Below are positions 49,077 through 58,496 of a stretch of 64,000 nt of DNA, piece by piece. Location: positions 492-64,491 of the forward strand of contig JAFZIO010000053.1 in the NCBI GenBank assembly GCA_017554335.1. The letters run 5' to 3'. Both the position numbers and the translations under genes were made by a program. A model generated the notes under the pieces. It searched no databases. It had not been told where the DNA came from and saw only the letters and a list, made by a program, of their open reading frames with translations. Origin of the DNA: Bacteroidales bacterium. Its GTDB lineage: Bacteria; Bacteroidota; Bacteroidia; Bacteroidales; UBA932. Each line of letters begins with the position of its first letter. The stretch's first letter is position 1.

Positions 49077-49292
49077 CAACCAACGGAATAGCCCGAATGT
49101 CAAGACGAAAGAGGTAAACCAAGCCGTATCCGACAATCCTTTCAGACATCGTTATGCCAAACTTGGAAACATCGGAAACAGAATCCTCTTTGGCACTCAA
49201 CTTCATCAAAGGAAAACTGAAGCACTCAGTCAAGCGAGTACGTAAAGAAAAGTAATGTCGCTCATGGAATTATTCTTACCTTTGCTTTTGCA

Positions 49293-50720
49293 ATGAGTAG
49301 GGCTCACATCATATCCTTGTTGCTTCTGGTAGCATTTGCCTGCCAGCCGGACCCGATTGTTCCTCCGGAAGACGATCCCGCCGAGCCCGTTGAACAGCCG
49401 GAACAGCCAGGCCAGCCGGAAACGCCGCCGGAGAATCCGCCGAAGCCCGGTCCTACGGACGTGACTGTGGGAGAGCCGTTGCCTCTGTGGCAGGATGGAT
49501 ATTTGGATATCCATTCAATCAACGGCGGGCGCGGTGAGTCTTTCTATTATATAATGCCGGACGGGACCACTATGCTGGTGGACGCTGCAGGGGCTGCCGA
49601 CTTCGAAACATAGGGCGAGGCCGACGGTTCGGGTATATACTCAAGGCCATCGAACTCATACTCCAGCGGGAATGTAATCGTGCAGTATATCAAGCACTTC
49701 GCTCCTGACGTAGCGAACGGGCATATCGATTATTTCATTACATCCCACTATCATGGCGACCACATGGGAATATACACCAAAGGTTTTGCCAAGTATGGTT
49801 GGCACGTGGTCGACAAGAACGGAACAATTACCTCCTCCGTCAATCTGGACGCCGGAGGCTTCCTGCTTAACGGCGTCTCAGAAGTAGGCTATTATATTCC
49901 CATATTGCGCATAATCGACCGTGGAGACTGGGCAGACCGGCCGTCAAACGTATTCCTGACGGCTCCTCTCCGTATGCAGAATTATCTCAATTTCATCGAT
50001 TGGAGTGCAAGGACACACGGGACTGTGAGGGAGAAACTGGCGATTGGGCATAACGACCAGATTGTTCTGAAGCATGATGCCAAATCCTACGCCGGCTTCT
50101 CGGTACGTGGCATAGCTGCCGGAGGCGACATCTGGACAGGCAGCGGGAGTTCGGTGAATACTACCTATTTACCTTCATCGGACCAAATAATGGCGAATCT
50201 GGAAGCATGGGACCCCAACGAGAATATTATGTCCTGCGTGTTCACCATGAGCTATGGCAAGTTCGACTGGTTCAGCGGCGGCGATATCCAGTATAACGGA
50301 CGATCTACCATTACCTGGAAGGACATAGACAAACCCATTTCCAAAGTGATAGGCAAGGTGGAAGCGATGAAGGCCTGTCACCACTGCGCCAAATATGCCA
50401 ACAGCTCCGATTTGCTGAATGCCTTAAAGCCCGATAATCTGATTATCGGAATATGGACGAAGAATCAACCCAATCCGGACACAATGAAACGCTTCTTCAA
50501 AGCGAGTCCCAAACTTGGAGTCTTTACCACGAACCTGTCAGATATAAGCGTGGAGAACCTGAAGACGGAAGGCATTGATCCCGGAAGTATCCTTGCCCGC
50601 AACGGCCATATCGTCCTGCGTGTGGTACCCGGTGGTAACGCTTACTACATCTATGTATTAGACGACTCGGACTTCAAGTACCGCGTTAGCTCTATCCACG
50701 GTCCGTTTGAATGCAATTGA
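49293..50720 (+). pseudogene. ComEC/MBL-fold metallohydrolase lipoprotein interrupted by an in-frame TAG
   Basis: ORFs 49293-49613 and 49680-50720 share a frame with an open linker; LVDAAG, SHYHGDH, GGD, KACHH. Confidence 0.8.
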
Positions 50721-50793
50721 ATTTGGCCGCAATTGTATCTTTTTATATATTTGCTTTTTATCACTGCATTTTAAACGCATAATAAAGCTAACG

Positions 50794-51330
50794 ATGAAAA
50801 GGATTACGACCCTTCTTGCGGCAATCATATGCACAGCGAGTGTCTTTGCCCAAACAAGCAAACTCCCTTTAATCAAGGAGATTACCTCTATTACAAACGA
50901 AAACACCGGCCAGTCAGTGACTATAGTCAACATCCCCGTTGACGACGTAAACCATTATTGGCTTGACGCAGGTAATATGGGAATCGGTGACAAGGTCGTC
51001 CAGGTTGAAGTGGAGCATATTTATCGCCTGTACATCCCCCTTGGAGACAATATCACCGACGCTCTGAAGACTATGGAGGAACTAAAAGCCCTTTACAAGG
51101 AGCCGAAGGGAACGATGAGGGAAATCCAGGCCAGCTTCAAGCCATTCCTGCCTGGGGAAGGACTGGAGACCATAAAGGTTTACAGGCATCAGCCACTCCT
51201 TACCAACCAGCTCCAGTTTGTCATAGAGCGTGACGGCTATGATCGCGTAGCATATCTGGACAAGTCAGACTTCAACGCCCTCCTCAGCGGCTTGAGATTC
51301 CATGGCAAGCTTTATCCTTCGGAAATGTAA
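50794..51330 (+). CDS. Secreted hypothetical protein
   Basis: MKRITTLLAAII...VFAQ signal peptide. Confidence 0.7.
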   Translation: MKRITTLLAAIICTASVFAQTSKLPLIKEITSITNENTGQSVTIVNIPVDDVNHYWLDAGNMGIGDKVVQVEVEHIYRLYIPLGDNITDALKTMEELKALYKEPKGTMREIQASFKPFLPGEGLETIKVYRHQPLLTNQLQFVIERDGYDRVAYLDKSDFNALLSGLRFHGKLYPSEM

Positions 51331-51332
51331 TT

Positions 51333-52382
51333 ATGACAAAACGTTTATTACTCGCCCTCGTCTCATGCTCAGCCATTCTCATTGGCTGCAGCAAGATTGA
51401 CCTGGACACACCAAGCTATTTCTTTACCCATTGGAATTCCTGTGAGGCCCTGACCGCACTGCAAGAATACGTCCAGGATGTAACCAATCCTTTCTCCGCG
51501 AATTACATCAAGCCGGATGACAGAATTGTCACCTTCGATATGGACGGGACTTTCGTTGGCGAACTGTACCCCACCTATTTCGAATACAATCTGCTGGAAT
51601 ACCGTGTGTTGGACGACCCTTCCTACAAGGACAAGGCTCCGGAGGACGTGAGGGAAACCGCCCAGGAGATACGGGACTTCGTACGCAAAGGGACCAAGCT
51701 CCCGGACCACTTCGACATGAAACACGCACAGGCGGCAGCTACCGCTTATGCCGGAATGACGCTTGCCGAGTTTGACGCCTACGTAAAGGCATACGCCGCC
51801 AAACCCGCCAACGGTTTCATCGGCATGACCTACGGCCAGAGCTTCTACAAGCCTATGCTGGAAATCTTTAAATACCTGGAGGCTTACGGCTTCACCTATT
51901 ATGTGGTTTCCGGATCCGACCGCTTCATCTGCCGTGCACTTGTCGAGTCCATCGGCATCGAGCCCAACCGGGTTATCGGTATGGATGTGAGACTTCGTTC
52001 CAGCAGCCAGGGAACGGAAGCTGGAGTTGAGTATACCTTGGACAAATATGAAGACCTGATCCGCACCGACGAGCTCATCATCAAGAACCTCAAGACCAAT
52101 AAAGTTCTGCAGATTTCGCAGGAAATCGGCAAAGTTCCGGTGCTCTCATTCGGCAACAGCGGCGGCGACAGCGCCATGCACAACTATTGCCTGAGCAACA
52201 GTCTCCCTTCGGCGGCCTTTATGCTCATTGCCGATGATCCTGAGCGCGACCACGCGAACCGCGAAAAGGCCCTGAAACTGGGCGAGCAGTGGCGTCAAGC
52301 CGGTTACCATGTCATATCTATGCGGGACGACTTCAAAACCATCTACGGCTCCAGTGTGCAGAAAGTGGATTTCACGTTCTGA
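51333..52382 (+). CDS. HAD-superfamily hydrolase lipoprotein
   Basis: LIGC lipobox; FDMDGT, VVSGS, FGNSGGD. Confidence 0.85.
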   Translation: MTKRLLLALVSCSAILIGCSKIDLDTPSYFFTHWNSCEALTALQEYVQDVTNPFSANYIKPDDRIVTFDMDGTFVGELYPTYFEYNLLEYRVLDDPSYKDKAPEDVRETAQEIRDFVRKGTKLPDHFDMKHAQAAATAYAGMTLAEFDAYVKAYAAKPANGFIGMTYGQSFYKPMLEIFKYLEAYGFTYYVVSGSDRFICRALVESIGIEPNRVIGMDVRLRSSSQGTEAGVEYTLDKYEDLIRTDELIIKNLKTNKVLQISQEIGKVPVLSFGNSGGDSAMHNYCLSNSLPSAAFMLIADDPERDHANREKALKLGEQWRQAGYHVISMRDDFKTIYGSSVQKVDFTF

Positions 52383-52462
52383 ATGGTCATGCAAGTGTCC
52401 ATTCGTTTACGAAGGATAAGGATACCACAATCGTTATTGCCAAGGATTTCCACATTGGGATT

Positions 52463-53581
52463 ATGAAAAAATACTCTATAATATTAGCTTTACTGTTGCT
52501 GTGGTCCTGCACCAATATGGACTACGACATCAGCAGGGGCATAGACAAGGAATGCACCTTGTTTACGGACGAGGTAAGCCTACCCATCGCAGACATCGGC
52601 CCCCTTTCACCCAAGCAGCTTCTTGGCGAGGTCGATTTGGGAAGCTCCCTTGGCGGTCTTTTCAAGGAAGATGGTGACGGGTATCTTGTTGTGGAAAAGG
52701 AAGAAACCATCTACAGCAATCCAGTACTTCTCCTGTTTTACATGAGCATGGCCAACCCTACTCAGCCCCTTGATGTGAACATTGACAGTTTCACGGGATA
52801 TCCGGGCGCCCCTGCGGAAGGTCCCGCCGGCATAGGGTTTACACCGGCATTGCAGGAGTTTTCCCTCTACGCGGTGAATCCTCTGACCGAAAAAATAACC
52901 GTATCTGGAAAGGTGACACTTTCTCCTCTATCTTCCGAGGTGTTTGATAATGTGTCTGTGGCTGCGGAGTCCGAGAACTTTGAGCTGTTCCGCAAGGAGT
53001 TTGCCGGCCAAAGTATCATAGACGTCTGCTCAATGGAGAACATGGTCCTTCATCTGCCTGCATCATTTCTGGAAAAAGACCCGCTCGGCGGATTAAGTTC
53101 CATCACCTTGGGATATCGCTACAAGGCGCAGCTTGCGCTGGGCACAGACTTCCCTAATAGTATTCCCATTCCGGTCAACGACTTGGATCTTCCGCTTGGG
53201 CAGTACAGGGTGAAAGAAGTGCTCCTTTCTACGGAGGTCTCCAACGAGATTCCCATTACACTGGTTCTTGACAGTGTGGATGTCATGGTAAAGGAAACAG
53301 ATGACGAGGGAAATGTGAAAACCGCCATCTGCGATGACGTAAGCATTACGCCTGGGCTCACAATCGCCTCGGGTTGCAGCGGCGCACCGGTGGTTTCACC
53401 TCTTGCAATCACTATAAAAGCCAAGGAGGGAACCATTCCGGATATTGCCGGCCTCCAGCTTAACCTCTCCGTAAAAGCCCCCACAGGGGAAGGCGATAAG
53501 CGCCTGAACATGAACCAGGCAATCAGTTTTAACAAGCTCCGCGCAACGGTTTCCGGCGGAATAACCATTCAGAGCTTATGA
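52463..53581 (+). CDS. Uncharacterised beta-rich lipoprotein
   Basis: LWSC lipobox; overlaps the start of the downstream outer-membrane barrel gene. Confidence 0.7.
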   Translation: MKKYSIILALLLLWSCTNMDYDISRGIDKECTLFTDEVSLPIADIGPLSPKQLLGEVDLGSSLGGLFKEDGDGYLVVEKEETIYSNPVLLLFYMSMANPTQPLDVNIDSFTGYPGAPAEGPAGIGFTPALQEFSLYAVNPLTEKITVSGKVTLSPLSSEVFDNVSVAAESENFELFRKEFAGQSIIDVCSMENMVLHLPASFLEKDPLGGLSSITLGYRYKAQLALGTDFPNSIPIPVNDLDLPLGQYRVKEVLLSTEVSNEIPITLVLDSVDVMVKETDDEGNVKTAICDDVSITPGLTIASGCSGAPVVSPLAITIKAKEGTIPDIAGLQLNLSVKAPTGEGDKRLNMNQAISFNKLRATVSGGITIQSL

Positions 53582-54900
53582 AAAAGATTGTAATACTTTC
53601 TTTTGTCGCGCTTGCCTTTGGCTCCGGCGCATGGGCTCAGAACATAGCCAATCCTGCAGAAAACGCATTCTTGGAAAATGGGTTCGTTCGCATAGGAGAA
53701 GTTCAGAGCGTCAGCCGCAATAACGTTGGTGCCGCCTCCTTCCTCTTCCCTTCCGGCGACAAACTGGTTACCGGCCTGCATTCTTCCATCTCGAGTGAAG
53801 AGTTCCTGAGCGGCCTAAAACCTGTGAACAGCAAATACAATCAGATAGACTACAACTTGGTTTCTTACGGCTGGAAAGGACGCACACGCGGGTTCCACAC
53901 CCTGGAGGTCGGAGCCAGAGTCAACTACGGTCTGTCCGTGCCGAAAGAAATCTTCCAAATCCTGAAAACCGGAACGGCACAGTCTCCATACGACCTTTCA
54001 TCCCTCAGGGCCTTCGGAAATGCTTACGGAGAGATTGCCTACGGCTACTCTCTTCCGCTGGGCGACAGGTTTTCCATAGGCGGAAGGGTTAAGCTGCTGG
54101 TCGGCCTCAACAGCGTAGACTTGACTGCAAGGCAGTTTGCGCTTACGATGACCGAGGAACTGTATAAGTTGGATCTGGACGCAGACATAGACATCACCAG
54201 CCGCAGCAAGAAAATCGGAACCGATGACGCAGGCTACCTGGACTACACCAGTTTCTCAGGGAAAGGCAAACTGGGGGCTCCGACGGGTGGCGGCCTTGCC
54301 CTGGACCTGGGACTCGTATGGAAACCGTTCGACGGATTCTCCCTGTCAGCATCGGTGCTGGATGCGGGAGGCATTCTCTGGTACTACGGAAACGCCGGCA
54401 CATCATCTGGCTCATACACCTTCGAAGGTTTAAAAGGTCTCACCACCGAGGAATTTAAGCAGGACAAAATAATGTCCAGAATCAACAGCCTTGGGGAAGA
54501 AGTCCTGGCAGTTGTGAAGCCAAAGGCCGTAGATGGCAGATTCAAGTTTAAAACAATTCCGCTGAATACCAATCTGAAAGCCAGCTACGAGATGCCCTTC
54601 TGGAAGAACCTTTCCATTGAAGCATCAGGGCTTTATACCGGCTACAGCTATTGCACCCCCTATTGGGAAGCGCGCGGCGGTATGTCTCTGGACTTCCCGC
54701 ATTGCTTCCATCTGGGAGCAAGCGCCGGCGGCGGAGCCTGCGGCTTTGTTTACAGAGCGAACGGAAGCGTGGACCTTCAGTCGTTCCGGCTTTATGCCAG
54801 CTATGAAAACGGCATAGGAGGTGTCATTCCCTATGAAGGCACACCACTCAAGGCCAACAACAAGATTATTCTTATAGGCTTAGTATATTTGCTCAGATAA
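53578..54900 (+). CDS. DUF5723-like outer-membrane beta-barrel
   Basis: Signal peptide, EIAYGYS, GGRVKLLVG, GLALDLG, SVLDAG. Confidence 0.7.
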   Translation: MKKIVILSFVALAFGSGAWAQNIANPAENAFLENGFVRIGEVQSVSRNNVGAASFLFPSGDKLVTGLHSSISSEEFLSGLKPVNSKYNQIDYNLVSYGWKGRTRGFHTLEVGARVNYGLSVPKEIFQILKTGTAQSPYDLSSLRAFGNAYGEIAYGYSLPLGDRFSIGGRVKLLVGLNSVDLTARQFALTMTEELYKLDLDADIDITSRSKKIGTDDAGYLDYTSFSGKGKLGAPTGGGLALDLGLVWKPFDGFSLSASVLDAGGILWYYGNAGTSSGSYTFEGLKGLTTEEFKQDKIMSRINSLGEEVLAVVKPKAVDGRFKFKTIPLNTNLKASYEMPFWKNLSIEASGLYTGYSYCTPYWEARGGMSLDFPHCFHLGASAGGGACGFVYRANGSVDLQSFRLYASYENGIGGVIPYEGTPLKANNKIILIGLVYLLR

Positions 54901-54949
54901 AACGCACCACGAGTCTGGCCGTACTGGCATGCCAGCCGGAGGTAAATCC

Positions 54950-56149
54950 TTACTGAAGCTTATAGACAATAGGGATGTTGAAGAGGACGGGAACGGCCTT
55001 GCCGTCGGCATTGTAGCCCGGCTCCCACTTGGGAGAGGCTGATACCACGCGCAAAGCCTCGGCATCCAGGTCTTCGCGCACGCCTCGCAGCACTACAGCA
55101 TCCCTGACGTCTCCGTCGGCCCCGATGGTAAACTGTACCATCACGCGGCCCTGGGCGCCATCTGTCTTGGCCTGCTCGGGGTAATTGAGCTGCGAGTTCA
55201 CCCAAACGGCAAACTGGTTGGCATCTCCGCCGTTGAAGCTCGGCTTGGTCTCGACCACGGAGTATTCTACAGCCTCCTCCCGGGCTTCGGCCTTTTTGTT
55301 GTTTCTAGGGTTGTTGCAGGCGTACATCACCAGCATCATAACGGGAATCAGGGCCAGGTACGACCAGCGCATCCAGGCGGAAGAAGTGGGTTTGAGCATC
55401 ATGGTAATTCTGTTTTTAAGTTTGGCGTGCTGGAAGCCGCTGGCCAGGGTAAAACGCTGTTCTCCCACGGCTTTGCGCACAAGTAGTAATTGATATTGGG
55501 TAGCATCGATGCCATTTTGGATAACGCCTTCATCGGCCTGGAACTCATGCAGCAGGCGCAACTCCTCCCGGGTAATCCATACCAGCGGATTCCACCAGAA
55601 CAGAATCTGGAGCGGCAGGAAGAGAAGCAGATCCAGCGAATGACGGTACTGCACGTGCATCCGTTCGTGGGTAAAGATGGCGGGATTCCCGGCCATGTCC
55701 TTGCGGCTCATTACCACAATTCGTCCCCAGCTGAAGGAAGGCACATCCTGGTCCAGCAGCACCAGCCGGCACCCCTCGCGCCGGGTTTGCTCCCCGCTGC
55801 GTATCAGCCGGCCCATCTTCCAGGAGGACAGCGCAAAAAAAGCCAGTGCGACCAGGGCTCCCGTCAAATACAGGGCAACCAGCAGTTCCGACCAGGGAAA
55901 GGCGGAGGCGACGGCTTCAGGCTCGCCAGCTTCTGCGGCGGCCATCGTCAATTCGGAGACGAAGACGGTGGCGGGCGTCACGGTACGGAGCCTGATCAGC
56001 GGCAGCAGCAGGCACAGGTAGGATCCCAGCAGCAACAGCGCGCGGTTCAGCCGGAAGAAGGTGGTGCGGCGCATCACCAGCAGGTAAAAGGCATAGAACA
56101 GACTCAGATAAAGCCCTGCCCGCCCAATATATATAAGGAACGGACTCAT
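54950..56149 (-). CDS. BlaR1/M56 metallopeptidase with C-terminal TonB domain
   Basis: HERMH, WWNPLVW, HEFQAD; YPEQA...QGRVMVQFTIG...LDAEALRVV. Confidence 0.9.
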   Translation of the reverse strand: MSPFLIYIGRAGLYLSLFYAFYLLVMRRTTFFRLNRALLLLGSYLCLLLPLIRLRTVTPATVFVSELTMAAAEAGEPEAVASAFPWSELLVALYLTGALVALAFFALSSWKMGRLIRSGEQTRREGCRLVLLDQDVPSFSWGRIVVMSRKDMAGNPAIFTHERMHVQYRHSLDLLLFLPLQILFWWNPLVWITREELRLLHEFQADEGVIQNGIDATQYQLLLVRKAVGEQRFTLASGFQHAKLKNRITMMLKPTSSAWMRWSYLALIPVMMLVMYACNNPRNNKKAEAREEAVEYSVVETKPSFNGGDANQFAVWVNSQLNYPEQAKTDGAQGRVMVQFTIGADGDVRDAVVLRGVREDLDAEALRVVSASPKWEPGYNADGKAVPVLFNIPIVYKLQ

Positions 56150-56511
56150 TTCTTGTTCTTTTCGATTCTGGCAATCAGGTCTTTCAGTTCCTGAAGCCCC
56201 ATCTTGTCCTCTTCCACAAACTGGGATACCAGACTCAAATAGGAATTGTCATAATAGCGGGCCACCACATCGGACACGGTATCTCCGTGATACTGACGCT
56301 CGGTAATCTTTACCTTGTATCTGAAGGAATTGGCCATTTGCTCCCGCTCCACAAAACCTTTCTCCTCCAGGAATTTAACCAGGGTAGCTACTGTATTGTA
56401 ATGAGGCTTCGGGTCCGGAAGATAACTTATCAAGTCCCTGATAAACAACGGGCTGTGTACCCAAAAGATGTTCATCAGCGTCTCTTCCTTCGCAGTCAGT
56501 TTCTGTTTCAT
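56146..56511 (-). CDS. BlaI/MecI/CopY repressor
   Basis: LTAKEETLMNIFW, HYNTVATLVKFLEEKGFV. Confidence 0.9.
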   Translation of the reverse strand: MKQKLTAKEETLMNIFWVHSPLFIRDLISYLPDPKPHYNTVATLVKFLEEKGFVEREQMANSFRYKVKITERQYHGDTVSDVVARYYDNSYLSLVSQFVEEDKMGLQELKDLIARIEKNKK

Positions 56512-56561
56512 CGCATATCTTGCATTAGGGTCTCCGATGCAAAGATAGCTAAAAATTTTAT

Positions 56562-56584
56562 ATCTCCTAAAAAAATTAGGAGAT
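56562..56584. promoter_or_regulatory. Putative BlaI operator
   Basis: Perfect palindrome ATCTCCTAA-AAAAA-TTAGGAGAT upstream of the minus-strand TATCTTTG box. Confidence 0.65.
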
Positions 56585-56622
56585 TTCCGTTATTATTTCG
56601 GAATCGGCTTCGAGCCCGCCCC

Positions 56623-57090
56623 TCAATCGGTCGCGATGCTTTCGATTCTGAGGCGCAGGACGCCCGAGGGAACGCGGGCTTCGGCGATTTCGCCGACCTT
56701 CTTGCCCATCAGGGCGGCGCCGATCGGGGATTTCAGCGATATCTTGCCGGCCTCGAGGTCCATCTCGTGGGGGCTGACAATCTCGTAAGTCATCCGGGTA
56801 TTAGTCTCGAGATTCGTGAATTCCACACGGCTCAGAAGGCTAACCTTGTCTTTGGGCAGGACATCGGGGTCAATTACGCGGGAATGCTCCAGGATTTTCT
56901 GCAGGAACTTGATACGGCTGATGGTCTTCCCCTGTATGCGGCGAGCCTCACGGTAACCGGCATTATCACTCCGGTCCCCCTGGGCACTCATCTCCGCAAG
57001 ATCTTCCGACACTTTGGGGTAAACCTCGTGGACAAGGTGGTTCAATTCGGCCGCAATCTCGTCGTGCCGCTCTTTTGACAGATATTCCAT
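56623..57090 (-). CDS. greA: GreA/GreB family elongation factor
   Basis: GDRSDNAGY, ISLKSPIGAALMGKKVGE. Confidence 0.85.
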   Translation of the reverse strand: MEYLSKERHDEIAAELNHLVHEVYPKVSEDLAEMSAQGDRSDNAGYREARRIQGKTISRIKFLQKILEHSRVIDPDVLPKDKVSLLSRVEFTNLETNTRMTYEIVSPHEMDLEAGKISLKSPIGAALMGKKVGEIAEARVPSGVLRLRIESIATD

Positions 57091-57156
57091 GGCTCAAATG
57101 TAAGCATTTCCGGTGGCTCTTTTGCAAATTAAATATTACATTTGTAGTAATTAGTT

Positions 57157-58482
57157 ATGAAACGTATATTTACATCTATTCTGCTATCGGTTATATGCCT
57201 CTGGAGCGCTTTCGCCCAGCAGCCATACTTCTCCACCGAAGAATTGCCGGACCTGATCCAGTGCCTTCCCGCGCCCCCCGAGAAGGGTTCGCCGGCATTC
57301 AAGTATGACGTTCAGCGCTACAAATGGGGCAAGGCGCAGCGGAAGAATCCTGAACGGGCGACCATGGCCCGCAAGGACGCCGTATGGAGTTATGAGGCCC
57401 TTCTGAACGAGCTGAGCGTCCCCTTCGGCCATGAAATCTCGCCCGAAGGCACCCCGGAACTCTGGAAGCTCATCACCACCAGCCTGGTCACCACCGACCA
57501 GATGCGAGTCGCGCCCAAGGCGTACTACCACCGCACGCGGCCGTTCGTCTACTTCAAGGAGAAGGCGTTCCTGGAAGATGACGCCCAGTTCAGCGGCGAG
57601 GGGAGCTATCCCTCCGGGCACACGATGCGCAGCTGGACGGCGGCTCTCATCCTGGCGGAGGTCAACCCGGCCGCCGCGGATGCCATCTACGCACGAGCAT
57701 GGGAATGCGGCATCAGCCGCGTTATCTCCGGGGCCCACTGGCAGAGTGACGTGGACGTGACGCGCCTGGCCGCCGGCATCGGCTACTCCCGCCTGCAGAC
57801 GAGCCCCGCTTTCCGCACGCAGATGGCGCTGGCGCAGGAGGAGTTCCGCCGTCTCGCATCCCCCGACCAGGGCGGGAGGGAGCACTTCGTGAAGATATCC
57901 GACGTCATCCCGGATGTCATTCTGGAGATTCGCTACTACAGCACCCACAACTTCGTGGGCCAGCGTATCGACGGCTACCTGGCACCGACTGCCATGATTA
58001 CCCGGCAGGCGGCCGACAGCCTCAAGGTCGTAAGCGACGAGCTGAAGGCCAGGGGCTACCGCCTGAAGATTTACGACGCCTACCGTCCGCAGTGCGCCGT
58101 TGACCATTTCGTCCGCTGGGCGGCAGACGTCCCGGACACCCTGATGAAGCGCTATTTCTATCCGGACGTAGACAAGAGCCGCCTCTTCGAACTGGAGTTC
58201 ATCATGGAGAAATCGGGCCACACACGCGGCTCCACGGTAGATTTGACGCTCTTCGACATGGACGCCGAAAAAGATGTGGATATGGGAGGCCCCTTCGACT
58301 GGTTCGGCGAGGAGAGCCACCCGGACTACACGGGCGTCACTCCTGAGCAGTACGCCAACCGCATGATTCTCCGCGACGCCATGCTACGCCACGGCTTCAA
58401 GCCGCTGGACAGCGAATGGTGGCACTTCACCCTCAAGAACGAGCCGTTCCCGGATACCTACTTCAATTTCCCGGTATTCTAA
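57157..58482 (+). CDS. Fusion of class A acid phosphatase (PAP2) and D-Ala-D-Ala dipeptidase (M15D, VanX-like)
   Basis: K...RTRP, SYPSGH, SRVISGAHWQSD; DAYRP, SGHTRGSTVD, EWWHF. Confidence 0.88.
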   Translation: MKRIFTSILLSVICLWSAFAQQPYFSTEELPDLIQCLPAPPEKGSPAFKYDVQRYKWGKAQRKNPERATMARKDAVWSYEALLNELSVPFGHEISPEGTPELWKLITTSLVTTDQMRVAPKAYYHRTRPFVYFKEKAFLEDDAQFSGEGSYPSGHTMRSWTAALILAEVNPAAADAIYARAWECGISRVISGAHWQSDVDVTRLAAGIGYSRLQTSPAFRTQMALAQEEFRRLASPDQGGREHFVKISDVIPDVILEIRYYSTHNFVGQRIDGYLAPTAMITRQAADSLKVVSDELKARGYRLKIYDAYRPQCAVDHFVRWAADVPDTLMKRYFYPDVDKSRLFELEFIMEKSGHTRGSTVDLTLFDMDAEKDVDMGGPFDWFGEESHPDYTGVTPEQYANRMILRDAMLRHGFKPLDSEWWHFTLKNEPFPDTYFNFPVF

Positions 58483-58496
58483 AATAAGCTTTGCAG

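Noticed and set aside
49611-49613. Pyrrolysine or genetic-code reassignment of TAG
   Set aside because: TAG ends neighbouring genes normally (e.g. 7112, 16258, 18831) and no pyl genes are seen.
54950-56511. Beta-lactam resistance regulon
   Set aside because: The M56 protein has a TonB C-terminus rather than a penicillin-binding sensor, and no beta-lactamase is adjacent; this pair is common in Bacteroidetes.
57880-58482. Vancomycin-resistance cluster
   Set aside because: No vanH, vanA, vanR or vanS; a VanX-like domain alone in a Gram-negative host is not evidence of resistance.
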